Of a DNA stretch of 57,502 nucleotides, positions 9,901-19,085 are shown piece by piece. Each line of letters starts with the position of its first letter. The stretch's first letter is position 1. Where the stretch lies: positions 1 through 57,502 of the IMG/VR virus record IMGVR_UViG_3300028410_000013. One strand, 5' to 3'. The DNA comes from a virus. Taxonomy: Duplodnaviria > Caudoviricetes. Below the pieces are notes generated by a model, which saw only the letters and a program-made list of their open reading frames with translations, searched no databases and was not told the origin of the DNA. Position numbers and translations under genes: made by a program.

Positions 9901-10303
9901 GTGGAAACCTTTATCCTTATACTGCTTTTGGTACCCTACATCGTCATTATAGGTCTACTGGTGTACCCGCCTTTCCGCCGCCTTCTACCGCAATGGCCCT
10001 CCCCCCTGTGCTATTAGAAACAGATGAGCGTGAGCTAGAGGCTCGGCTTACGGAAGACGAAGAGGCTCTGGCCTTATTCGACCAGATGCTACAGTCTCAT
10101 TCTGTTGACGTATCCAGCCAAGTACGAACAGTTGAAAAAATTAGCTCTACCAGCTTCAACCGGACTCGTGGTATATCTATGGCACGGTAGAAGGTAATAG
10201 AGAACTCAAAGACGAGATATTTAGCCACTTCAAATTACAAGCAGTTCAGGGTGCGTCTGTGCACCGGATGCAACAAGTCGAGAACCAACTACTAGGAGAC
10301 TAA
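9901..10303 (+). pseudogene. Frameshifted membrane-anchored hypothetical gene (three frame segments)
   Basis: METFILILLLVPYIVIIGLLVY (TM) / MALPPVLLETDERE... / LYQLQPDSWYIYG...LLGD* lie in successive frames. Confidence 0.45.
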
Positions 10304-10307
10304 CCCT

Positions 10308-10640
10308 ATGATTGACCTGAAAACGAAAGACCTCTACACCACCAACCTCCCTTCGATGGAGGTTGGGAAGGACCATGAAGGGCGCATCTGGGTACGCTTT
10401 CAGACAGAGGAAGGTGTTTACCTAACTGCGGGCGCTTCGACCTCTTGCTATGATGAACTGGTAAACAAGCGCATGACGCTCGGCGCTTTTTTTGCCGAAC
10501 CGGAATCTGGATATGCTTACGTGATCCGATTCCGTGATGAAGATAGGCTCGGGGCACACCTCGAATCTCTAGACGCTAAGACATCAAGGGAGCGCATTCT
10601 CTCCTATGTAGGGGAATACGCTTCCCATTATCTCAACTAG
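10308..10640 (+). CDS. Hypothetical protein
   Basis: AGGAG RBS, 110-aa ORF. Confidence 0.7.
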   Translation: MIDLKTKDLYTTNLPSMEVGKDHEGRIWVRFQTEEGVYLTAGASTSCYDELVNKRMTLGAFFAEPESGYAYVIRFRDEDRLGAHLESLDAKTSRERILSYVGEYASHYLN

Positions 10641-10646
10641 ACACTC

Positions 10647-10675
10647 TTGACAGACAGGTCAGTTGTCTGCAATAT
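10647..10675 (+). promoter_or_regulatory. sigma70-type promoter for groEL
   Basis: TTGACA-17 nt-CAATAT. Confidence 0.55.
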
Positions 10676-10713
10676 GGCGACCTACCGGTGATATTACCCT
10701 TACGGAGAGCAAA

Positions 10714-12360
10714 GTGGCTCAGAAAAAGACGATTCTATTTGATGACAAAGCCTTGAACCGATTAGGCGCAGGCGTGAATACCTTGGCCGATGCGGTCAAA
10801 GTCACACTCGGCCCACGTGGTCGGAATGTGGCTTTGGACAAGAACTTCGGGTCTCCCAACGTAACCAAAGATGGTGTGTCGGTCGCACGGGACATTGATC
10901 TTGAGGACCATTTTGAGAACATGGGCGCTCAGGTCATTAAGGAAGCTGCCATCCGAACAGCGGAAGAGGCTGGAGACGGCACCACCACTGCCACGGTTAT
11001 TGCCCAAGCTCTCTTCAACAACACACGCAAGCTTGTAACCGCAGGTTTGTCTCCTATCCCCTTGAAGCGAGGCATGGATAAAGCTGTGTTGGAGGGTGTC
11101 AATTACCTCCACCATCTTGCCAAGCCTATCTCCAAGGCAGAGGAAATCAAATGGGTTGCCTCTATTTCATCAAACGGCGATGATGCGCTGGGCGAACTCA
11201 TCGCAGAGGCGATGGAAAAGGTAGGCAAGGGCGGCGTCATTTCTGTTGAAGAGGGCCGCTCCACTGAAACCACCTTGGAGTTCACTGAGGGGATGCAACT
11301 AGATCGTGGCTACATCCACCCAGACTTTGTGCGTGGCGAGGAGAGTGGTACTCTCTCTTACGAGAACCCTCTTTTGCTCATTGCAGATGAGCGAGTGTCG
11401 AGTGCACAAGACCTTCTCCCGGTGATGGAGTACGCCGCTTCTCAGCGTCGCCCTCTTGTTGTTATCGCCCACGATGTAGAAGGCGAAGCAATGATGATGC
11501 TTCTGTCTAACCACGCCCAAGGGACACTCAAGAGCCTTGCAATCAAGGCCCCACGCATCGGGGACAAGCGGACAGCCTTGCTTGAAGACCTTGCTATCCT
11601 AAGCGGCGCAACTCTCGTCTCTAAAGAGCGCGGCAATACGCTGCAAAGCCTCCACCCGCAGCAGCTTCTTGGAGGGTGCGATTCGGTATCTTGTGACAAG
11701 AATCGCACCACTCTTCTGGGTGGTGACGCTGATTTGGAAATCATTGAAGACCGCATCAAGACATTGCGGTCGCAAGCTAAAAGTGCCGGTTCCCCTCATG
11801 ACCAAGAACACCTCCAGAAGCGCCTGTCACAGCTTGGTGGAGGTATGGCCGTGATTCGTGTTGGGGCCAACTCGGAAGTGGAACTCAAAGAGTACAAGGC
11901 TCGTGTAGAAGATGCCCTGTCAGCTACCAAAGCAGCCGTAGCTGGCGGAGTTGTGCCCGGTGGCGGTTGCACCCTACTGGAGGTCAGCGCCCTGCTTAAG
12001 GATATTGCTTCCGACCCCAACACTGTCTTTGCCTCTATTGAAGAGCGAGAGGGGTGGTTGTTGGTAGCTTCTGCGGTTGAAGCTCCGTTCCGCCAGATTG
12101 TCAAAAATGCGGGACTGTCCGCAGACGTACTCTTGCATCAGTATCGCACAGCCTCCGAAGAACGAGGCCAGAACGACTTGGTGTACGATGTCAATGCGGA
12201 AGAAATCCGACCTTGCTTTGAGGCCGGTATTGTTGACCCGGTATTGGTAGTGGAGCAGAGCTTTACAAACTCTGTTTCGGTTGCATCTACGCTACTGACT
12301 ACATCATGTGCTATCGGGTTCTCGTCTGATTCCAACAAGGATGACGAAGACGAGAACTAA
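10714..12360 (+). CDS. groEL: Chaperonin GroEL (Cpn60)
   Basis: AVKVTLGPRGRNV, TKDGVSVA, GDGTTTAT, GGVVPGGG; likely GTG start at 10714 after GGAG; acidic tail instead of GGM repeats. Confidence 0.97.
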   Translation: MAQKKTILFDDKALNRLGAGVNTLADAVKVTLGPRGRNVALDKNFGSPNVTKDGVSVARDIDLEDHFENMGAQVIKEAAIRTAEEAGDGTTTATVIAQALFNNTRKLVTAGLSPIPLKRGMDKAVLEGVNYLHHLAKPISKAEEIKWVASISSNGDDALGELIAEAMEKVGKGGVISVEEGRSTETTLEFTEGMQLDRGYIHPDFVRGEESGTLSYENPLLLIADERVSSAQDLLPVMEYAASQRRPLVVIAHDVEGEAMMMLLSNHAQGTLKSLAIKAPRIGDKRTALLEDLAILSGATLVSKERGNTLQSLHPQQLLGGCDSVSCDKNRTTLLGGDADLEIIEDRIKTLRSQAKSAGSPHDQEHLQKRLSQLGGGMAVIRVGANSEVELKEYKARVEDALSATKAAVAGGVVPGGGCTLLEVSALLKDIASDPNTVFASIEEREGWLLVASAVEAPFRQIVKNAGLSADVLLHQYRTASEERGQNDLVYDVNAEEIRPCFEAGIVDPVLVVEQSFTNSVSVASTLLTTSCAIGFSSDSNKDDEDEN

Positions 12361-12382
12361 TCCTCGGGGCTTGAGGATGACC

Positions 12383-12413
12383 ACCGCCTATCTCCTTGAG
12401 GTAGGCGGTTTTT
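12383..12413 (+). terminator. Rho-independent terminator after groEL
   Basis: ACCGCCTATCTC-ctt-GAGGTAGGCGGT + TTTT. Confidence 0.85.
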
Positions 12414-12532
12414 CGTTCTTGTCGTGCGGTACGGGACGTGCCTTCGCTTGATTTTTTTGATAACTCTGTTGACTAGGGGTATATAGTATTGTAGGGGCCG
12501 CAATCGGTGGCCCCAAAGACGGGACTATACCC

Positions 12533-14770
12533 ATGAAGAAGATCATTATACTCGCTGCTGTCATGACCCTTTCCGCTTGTGTGGAGGAACCCCCTTCCAC
12601 AGGGTACTCCCCACCTCCCAAAGAAGACATAGGGATAGACGTAGATGCGGGGGTACCCGAGCCATCGCGCCCTGATGCGGATAACAGTACAGATGCGCTT
12701 AACAGCACAAACGGCGGCGACTCCGGCATTGATGTTGGGACTGACTCTGGGACTGACTCTGGCCCCGATGCTACCGAGGATATGGCTTTTCCTGACCCCG
12801 ACTTGGGAGCAGACGCAGAAACTTGTGAAGAGACCTACTACCCTGATAATGACGGGGACGGTTATGGTACTACCTTGTATCCAAGGGACGCTTGTACCCA
12901 GCCCGAGGGTTATGTGGTAGTCGGAGGGGACTGTGATGATACCAACTCCGATGTCAACCCTTCTGAGGAAGAAACTTGTGACGGTGTTGATAACACATGT
13001 TCGGGGTCGGAAGACGACGCAATAGACCTACAGACGTTCTACAGGGATTTAGACGGGGACGGATATGGGGACGCCTCTTCACCCCTAGTTGCTTGTTTTC
13101 AGCCGGAAGGTTACGTCGCTACGACAGGGGACTGTGCTGATGACCCCAACGAAGACCCATCAGCGATTGGGAAAAATGAAGGCATACCCGTTTCTTGTGG
13201 TTCTGTGGGCGATTGGGACTGCAACGGTATTGATGATCGGGTTGAAAACCCGGCAACACGGCACTACTGCGACAGGGACGGGGACGGTTACGGGACGGCA
13301 ACACAGAGCGCCCTCATTTGCCCTGCGACGCCACCGACCCGGTGTTCGGGCACTTGGGTAACTTCTCAAGGTGACCTTGATGAGACGGACGCCACGGTAT
13401 ACCCCGGCGCTCCTGAAGCCTGTGATGGGGTCGATAACAACCAAGACGGGACTGTGGATGAGAACTGTTCGTGTGTTGCGGGGGCATCGGAATCTTGCGG
13501 GTCTGATATAGGTGCGTGCGTCTCCGGCATTCGTACATGTGACTTGAGTGGGACTTGGGGTACGTGCTCTCAGGGTTACATCCCACCCACTACTGAGGTT
13601 TGCGACGGTGCTGACAATGACTGCGACGGCCAAACGGATGAAGGTCTTGGTGTGGGGTTGTCTTGCAGCACAGGTCAAGATGGGCTGTGTTCTGTCGGAG
13701 TCCAAGAGTGCTTAGGGGGCCAAGTCATTTGCGCACCCTTGAACACTAGCCAGCCAGAGACTTGCGACGGGTTGGATAACGATTGTGACGGCCAAACGGA
13801 TGAAGGTCTGCTTCAAACTTTTTACAGGGATGAGGATGGTGACCTTATCGGAGTAGAGGACCCTGCACTGAATGTAGAGTCGTGTTCTGTACCACAGGGC
13901 TATGCTGCGGGATATGGCGACAACTGCCCAGCGGTGTCCAACCCTTCTCAGTTGGACTCTAATCAAAATGGGTTCGGTGATGCGTGTGAACCCTGCGGTG
14001 ATGGTGCGGTAGCCGTAGGGGAAGCCTGCGACGACGGTAATGCCGTTTCAGGCGATGGATGCTCTTCCACTTGTCAGTTGGAGAGCGGTTATGTGTGTGA
14101 CCCTGAGGTTGGGTGTACAACGCCCTGCAAAGAGTACGTGGGTCGTGTACTCATCTATGTTGATGAGCCAACTCCTGTTCCCAACATCCCGGACAACAGT
14201 GTTCAGACCGGAGTTCAAATCTTGGATACGCATTGCTCCATTGACGGTCAACTGGACATTAGAACAAGCCGGTCGGGTGACCTTACCCCTATTATCAATG
14301 GTCTTTCGTCCACGCCTCTAAAGGTTAAGAGCATTCGGACCATCTTCATTCAGGCCGATGCTGTGCGTACCGTAGACGGCCTAGAAAACCTGCTCTACAT
14401 CCCTAATGGTATACGTATCCGGTGGGATGGGTCCAACAACTACCTCAACGATACCTCCCATTTTCACAACGTCAAAGAGGTGGGTTATATCACTCTGGAC
14501 TCTAACACAACCAATCTGTACAATGCCGATGGTCTCCAGACGTCAGGCCACGCTCCTTGGGAGTCTTTGGAGACTGTGAATGCCAAGATGCGCATCTTTC
14601 GAGTAGGCTCAGGTGGTACGCAACCTTATGGTTTTTTTGCAGACTTCCCGGCGCTAACATACGTCAACACCTTGGAGATTGGGAATTCGTCCCTGACCCC
14701 AACCCAAGTCTGCGACTTGGTAGCTTTATCTTCAGTGGTCTTTGCGAGCAATGGCGTGACGTGCCCTTAA
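12533..14770 (+). CDS. Cys/Asp-rich surface lipoprotein: MopE-like metal-binding repeats, TSP3-like motif, Myxococcus Cys-rich repeat, C-terminal receptor-L-like region
   Basis: Lipobox LSA-C; repeated YxDxDGDGYG and ExCDGxDNxCDGxxDE; DNCP..NPSQLDSN; CGDG...EACDDGNAVSGDGCSSTC. Confidence 0.85.
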   Translation: MKKIIILAAVMTLSACVEEPPSTGYSPPPKEDIGIDVDAGVPEPSRPDADNSTDALNSTNGGDSGIDVGTDSGTDSGPDATEDMAFPDPDLGADAETCEETYYPDNDGDGYGTTLYPRDACTQPEGYVVVGGDCDDTNSDVNPSEEETCDGVDNTCSGSEDDAIDLQTFYRDLDGDGYGDASSPLVACFQPEGYVATTGDCADDPNEDPSAIGKNEGIPVSCGSVGDWDCNGIDDRVENPATRHYCDRDGDGYGTATQSALICPATPPTRCSGTWVTSQGDLDETDATVYPGAPEACDGVDNNQDGTVDENCSCVAGASESCGSDIGACVSGIRTCDLSGTWGTCSQGYIPPTTEVCDGADNDCDGQTDEGLGVGLSCSTGQDGLCSVGVQECLGGQVICAPLNTSQPETCDGLDNDCDGQTDEGLLQTFYRDEDGDLIGVEDPALNVESCSVPQGYAAGYGDNCPAVSNPSQLDSNQNGFGDACEPCGDGAVAVGEACDDGNAVSGDGCSSTCQLESGYVCDPEVGCTTPCKEYVGRVLIYVDEPTPVPNIPDNSVQTGVQILDTHCSIDGQLDIRTSRSGDLTPIINGLSSTPLKVKSIRTIFIQADAVRTVDGLENLLYIPNGIRIRWDGSNNYLNDTSHFHNVKEVGYITLDSNTTNLYNADGLQTSGHAPWESLETVNAKMRIFRVGSGGTQPYGFFADFPALTYVNTLEIGNSSLTPTQVCDLVALSSVVFASNGVTCP

Positions 14771-14803
14771 TCCACTTGTAGGCTCCGGCAGTAGGAGGCT
14801 TGT

Positions 14804-15106
14804 ATGATTGAGTTTGACGCAAGCGAGGCTTGCTACTATATCCGTTTAGAGACTAGGGCGGAATATCTGAATCTCCTCTTCCTGCCCGGAAGAGGCGAGA
14901 GTGCGAATGAGGCACTGACGAACTTGTTTGGACAGTTCGGAAAGTCCTGTGGTACGATAACGTACTTCGATGTACTGGAAGAGTGCCTTGTGACGCTCCG
15001 GTCGAAGTCCTTTAAGGGCTTGAAGGTTTTTTTGTATGACAATGAAGCACCGTATCAGGGCCTGTATATGGGCACGCAATTCTCGGAGCTATTGGAGACT
15101 GAATGA
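14804..15106 (+). CDS. Hypothetical protein
   Basis: AGGAGG RBS; ATGA overlap with next gene. Confidence 0.7.
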   Translation: MIEFDASEACYYIRLETRAEYLNLLFLPGRGESANEALTNLFGQFGKSCGTITYFDVLEECLVTLRSKSFKGLKVFLYDNEAPYQGLYMGTQFSELLETE

Positions 15107-15525
15107 GTGTTCTAAAGTGGACAGCGCCCCATCGGTCACAACCTGCCACCGTTCGTGAGTTGGTGACTCTCTTTAAGTTTGAGCCAACGGACGAGGGTTT
15201 TCTGGTCCGAAAAATCGAGGCCGGGACGCATTGGCGGGAGGTCAAGATCAAGGTCAAATCTAAAGAGGTCATCTTCTACGTGCATAAGGAAGAGGAGTCT
15301 ACTACTGAGATTTACTTTGAGTACCTGTTCGAGTCAGGCTTCATTTTTGGGCAGATAGCTAACGCTCTACAGAACCTCCCCCAGCGTGGCGTCGACGAAG
15401 ATGATGACGAAGATGATGACGAAGATGATGACGAAGATGATGACGAAGATGATGACGAAGATGATGACGAAGATGATGACGAAGATGATGACGAAGAAGA
15501 CTCAATGGAGTTAGAGGGAGACTGA
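15103..15525 (+). CDS. Hypothetical protein with poly-acidic C-terminal tail
   Basis: (DEDD)8 tail; translationally coupled to neighbours. Confidence 0.7.
   Translation: MSVLKWTAPHRSQPATVRELVTLFKFEPTDEGFLVRKIEAGTHWREVKIKVKSKEVIFYVHKEEESTTEIYFEYLFESGFIFGQIANALQNLPQRGVDEDDDEDDDEDDDEDDDEDDDEDDDEDDDEDDDEEDSMELEGD
15394..15497 (+). repeat. Perfect 12-bp tandem repeat GACGAAGATGAT x8 plus partial unit
   Basis: Read directly from sequence. Confidence 0.95.
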
Positions 15526-15761
15526 TGTCAGAAGAAATGGACCAGTACAGAGAAGAAATAGCAGCGAAGCCGCTGGGTGAGCTTGTGGATGAACTCCTAC
15601 AGCTACGACTGTATGAGCCGGACGGCGCTAAGGCTCAGATCACAAACATGCAAAAAATTCGTGAAGTAGTGTACCAGCTTAACCAACGAGAGGTAGTGGA
15701 CGATGGAAAAGAACCCAAGCCCCGCCGAAACAATATCGGAAGTCTCAAAACCATCCTATGA
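15525..15761 (+). CDS. Hypothetical protein
   Basis: GGGAG RBS, TGATG overlap. Confidence 0.65.
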   Translation: MSEEMDQYREEIAAKPLGELVDELLQLRLYEPDGAKAQITNMQKIREVVYQLNQREVVDDGKEPKPRRNNIGSLKTIL

Positions 15762-16818
15762 ACAAGGGCCGGATATGCCTTCGACCAAGCGCCGCCCGAA
15801 CGATGTGTTTGAGCGCTTCAAAGATTTTTTCAAAGACAGACCCACAGACAAGAAGGTCTGTATCGTACTGCAACACACCCCAGACCCTGACGCTATCGGA
15901 TCTGCTCTGGGATTGGAGTGGATTCTAGAGGCTGAATATGGCCTCCAGTGTGATATCTTCTACTCGGGCCAGATTTCACACCCGCAGAACCAGACCGAAG
16001 TGAACGTCCTCGATGTTCGCCTCAAGCACAAAGACGATTTTGAGGCGGAGAACTACTCGACGTTTGTTACAGTAGATTCTGTGCCTCAGAATACAGGCTT
16101 CGATGAGATTGAAGAGTGGCACTGTGTTTTCGACCACCACCAGTTCGACATGGATTTGCCCGTCACAGACATACGCACCTGTGGCTCGTGCTCGGCCATT
16201 ATATGGGACTACATCTGCCACTTTGATTTAGATTTTGAGACGGAGCGGGGTATACTGGTTGCGACCGCCTTACTGTTTGGGGTAGTCAACGACACGCACA
16301 ACCTTCTCGACGAGAATGTCTCGAAGCTGGACTTGGACGCACATTCCCACTTGATAGCCTACATCGACCGTAAGAAGTTCCACAGCATTGTCCACCACCC
16401 CCTCCCTCCTTACCTGTTTGAGTTGCGAGCACTAGCAGCATCCAACATGGTCAATGAGGCTTCTATCCTCATCTCTTATCTCGGAATCCTCTCTAGCAAG
16501 AGGCGGGATGCTCTGCCTATTATCGCAGACGAGTTCCTTCGGATGGAGGGTGTTGAGACTGTGGTAGTCTTTTGCCTCATTGACGGGTTCATTCACGCCT
16601 CTGTGCGCTCCCGCAACTCATCTGTTAATGTTCACAATTTCTGCCAGAAGGTCTTTGGTCCTGAGTCCTCTGGAGGCAAGTCGGGTAGTGGTGGGGCTAA
16701 GGTTCCTCTTGGCTTTCTTTACTCCCCGGAGGATGATGGGGAAGACCAACAGAAGCTATCTGAGTTCGCCAAGGCTACGATTACCAAACGAATCATCCGT
16801 CATCTTTCCGGTGCTTAA
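15703..16818 (+). CDS. DHH/DHHA1 phosphoesterase (NrnA / c-di-NMP phosphodiesterase-like); start may be ATG 15775
   Basis: HTPDPDAIGS, VTVD, FDHH, DT motifs, SVRS and GGKSGSGG in DHHA1. Confidence 0.9.
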   Translation: MEKNPSPAETISEVSKPSYEQGPDMPSTKRRPNDVFERFKDFFKDRPTDKKVCIVLQHTPDPDAIGSALGLEWILEAEYGLQCDIFYSGQISHPQNQTEVNVLDVRLKHKDDFEAENYSTFVTVDSVPQNTGFDEIEEWHCVFDHHQFDMDLPVTDIRTCGSCSAIIWDYICHFDLDFETERGILVATALLFGVVNDTHNLLDENVSKLDLDAHSHLIAYIDRKKFHSIVHHPLPPYLFELRALAASNMVNEASILISYLGILSSKRRDALPIIADEFLRMEGVETVVVFCLIDGFIHASVRSRNSSVNVHNFCQKVFGPESSGGKSGSGGAKVPLGFLYSPEDDGEDQQKLSEFAKATITKRIIRHLSGA

Positions 16819-16866
16819 CACTATCCTTTACGACCCTGTTCACGACGACCCTGTTCACGACCACTT

Positions 16867-17610
16867 ATGATTATTAACCGATTCCAAGATGCCCTTTTCT
16901 ACAAGGCAGCTTCCGACGCTCTAGGATTGAGTCTGTACTCCTATGAGGACATCACAGACACGACTTTCCACGCAGACGTAGCGGTAGGGGATTTCTTCTT
17001 ACAGTACCGTAGACCCTCTTTTAGGGGTTGTACGAGATACGTGTCCCCTTCCCCGTACACGATAGATGAGACACTAACGTTACCTGCTATGCTTCGGTAT
17101 GAGAACCTAGCAAGGCCCAAGGTCGGCTTCGTGAATCCCACTACGGAAGTGGCTTTTCCTGCTTTCAGAATCATGCGAGTTTTCAATGTGGCATCTTCAA
17201 ATGACCACTGTACTTCTTTTTCTGCTCATTCTGTCTACAGTGGCCATTGGGGGTTCCGCCAACTCCACCCCCAAGCAATATCTTCAAGAAAATCAGATAA
17301 GTGGTGGGACTCTTACCTCACCACTTCTGTCTACCATCGTGATCTCATACTCCGAAAAGGTCCGCCAGAGGAGTCTCGGGGTAGGACCGGGATAATTGGC
17401 AAATTTACGGACCCGGACAAGCTTCTTGAACACTTCTCAAAACATACCATCATTCCTGCGATTGGTAAGTATCACACTCAGGGTGTAACTGTGTACTCAC
17501 CTCAAAGATCCTTCTACCCCCTTTGGAGGGCTTTGATTTCGGATGAGCCGGAACGCCCCTCTGTTGTAGCGACCGTCAAAGAATACCTCAGTCGAGAGAG
17601 TTTAGTATGA
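16867..17610 (+). CDS. Hypothetical protein
   Basis: 247-aa ORF coupled to next gene. Confidence 0.6.
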   Translation: MIINRFQDALFYKAASDALGLSLYSYEDITDTTFHADVAVGDFFLQYRRPSFRGCTRYVSPSPYTIDETLTLPAMLRYENLARPKVGFVNPTTEVAFPAFRIMRVFNVASSNDHCTSFSAHSVYSGHWGFRQLHPQAISSRKSDKWWDSYLTTSVYHRDLILRKGPPEESRGRTGIIGKFTDPDKLLEHFSKHTIIPAIGKYHTQGVTVYSPQRSFYPLWRALISDEPERPSVVATVKEYLSRESLV

Positions 17611-18386
17611 AGATGACATTTTTAGGTACAGGTGGGGCATTCAGCCGCCGCCGTCAGAACTACCACAACAACGTTCTACTTGAGTCTGAGGGGAAGAAGT
17701 ACCTCATTGACTGCGGGACGACAGCCTTGGAGAGCCTTGGAGAGCTTGGGCACGATATTATGAGCTTGGATGGCGTCGTTATCACACACCATCACGCCGA
17801 CCACATTGGTGGCCTTGAAGAGCTAGGCTACCAAGGCTACTTTGTAGGGGACAAACGCTTTGAGCTATATGCTCCGGCACTTCTTGTACCTTCTGAGGTT
17901 GGGAGCGAAGGCATCGACCTGTGGGACAACTCGCTGCGGGCTGGTATGGAGCACTTACAGGATAGGGAAGGTAACCCCCTTAAGGCCACGCTAGCGACCT
18001 ACTTTGACGTGCACCCGGTGCCTCACCCAGAGGCTGTTGTCCAACTAGGTGGTGTGAAGATAGCCTTTTTCAAGACAGACCACGTGCCGGACATGCATTC
18101 TTTTGGATTGATGCTGGAATCAGAGACAGGTACTCGTGTGTTCTACTCAGCGGACACGACATCAACTTCATTCCGTCACTTGCCGGAGTTTGATATTGTG
18201 TTCCATGACTGCTCTTTCAGGGACCATTACCCGGCTACCGTTCACACTCACTTTGAGGAATTGATTTCTCTGCCTCCCGTGGTAAGGTCGAAAACATACC
18301 TTATGCACTACGGGGACATTGAGACAGCCCCGAAAGACCTACACGGGATGCAAGTGGTGCGGAGGCATCAAGCCTTTGAGTTGTAA
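17607..18386 (+). CDS. Metallo-beta-lactamase-fold phosphodiesterase, Apyc1 (anti-Pycsar)-like
   Basis: FLGTGGAFS, LIDCG, THHHADHIGGLEE, LWDNSL, YSADT, FHDC, VH, LMHYGD. Confidence 0.85.
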   Translation: MKMTFLGTGGAFSRRRQNYHNNVLLESEGKKYLIDCGTTALESLGELGHDIMSLDGVVITHHHADHIGGLEELGYQGYFVGDKRFELYAPALLVPSEVGSEGIDLWDNSLRAGMEHLQDREGNPLKATLATYFDVHPVPHPEAVVQLGGVKIAFFKTDHVPDMHSFGLMLESETGTRVFYSADTTSTSFRHLPEFDIVFHDCSFRDHYPATVHTHFEELISLPPVVRSKTYLMHYGDIETAPKDLHGMQVVRRHQAFEL

Positions 18387-18467
18387 GTAATCTGCTTGTA
18401 TCCCGTCTCTTAAAAGGGCAGATCGTTAACCAAACCTCACAGAGCGTGAGGCAGAACCGGACGAGAC

Positions 18468-19007
18468 ATGGATACGTTGCTTCTCAATGCTGACTACAAG
18501 CCCAAGGCTGTTCTTTCGTGGCAGAAAGCTATCGAGATGGTTCTTCGTGACGTTGTGTTCACAGTAGTGGAGTATGAGGAATGGGAGGTGCACAGCCCTT
18601 CCGTCACTCTGGTAGTTCCAGCGGTATTGGCGCTTCAAAAGTATGTCCACCGCAGGAAGGCCGTCTCTTTCAGCAGGACCAACATCTACATAAGAGACGA
18701 CTTTACGTGCCAGTACTGTGGCCTATCCGCAGGGGATGGTGGCTTGAATGTGAGGGACCTCACCTTTGACCATGTGGTTCCTCATAGCAGAGGCGGAGGT
18801 ACGACGTGGGAGAACATCACTACGTCGTGTTCGGATTGCAACAGGCGGAAGGGCGACCAGACACCTAAAGAAGCAAGGATGGCGCTGTTATCTAAGCCGC
18901 ATGAGCCGCGCCATCTGAACAACGTAGAGTACAGCCTCATTGGTAAGTCTGTGCCGGAGGAGTGGCACGCTTACCTCCCCGATGGTCAATATGCACTGAC
19001 CGGTTGA
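18468..19007 (+). CDS. HNH endonuclease (McrA-like)
   Basis: LLLNADY, RDDFTCQYCG, TFDHVVPHSRGG, WEN, CSDCNRRKG. Confidence 0.92.
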   Translation: MDTLLLNADYKPKAVLSWQKAIEMVLRDVVFTVVEYEEWEVHSPSVTLVVPAVLALQKYVHRRKAVSFSRTNIYIRDDFTCQYCGLSAGDGGLNVRDLTFDHVVPHSRGGGTTWENITTSCSDCNRRKGDQTPKEARMALLSKPHEPRHLNNVEYSLIGKSVPEEWHAYLPDGQYALTG

Positions 19008-19010
19008 ATC

Positions 19011-19042
19011 AACGCCCCCGGCTTATCGTCGGGGGCGTTTTT
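19011..19042 (+). terminator. Rho-independent terminator
   Basis: AACGCCCCCG...CGGGGGCGTT + TTT. Confidence 0.85.
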
Positions 19043-19085
19043 CTATTTGTACCTGAGGCTAGTGTAATCACACGGGTTTCGTCTT

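Noticed and set aside
10637-10670. CIRCE operator upstream of groEL
   Set aside because: TAGACACTC resembles one half-site, but there is no inverted second half at 9-bp spacing
16830-16862. 15-bp tandem duplication CGACCCTGTTCACGA (also short duplications at 9781/9807 and around 55523-55564)
   Set aside because: Two-copy local slippage duplications with no sign of function
18468-19007. HNH genes as intron-encoded homing endonucleases
   Set aside because: Both HNH ORFs are free-standing, and no neighbouring gene appears split by an intron or intein
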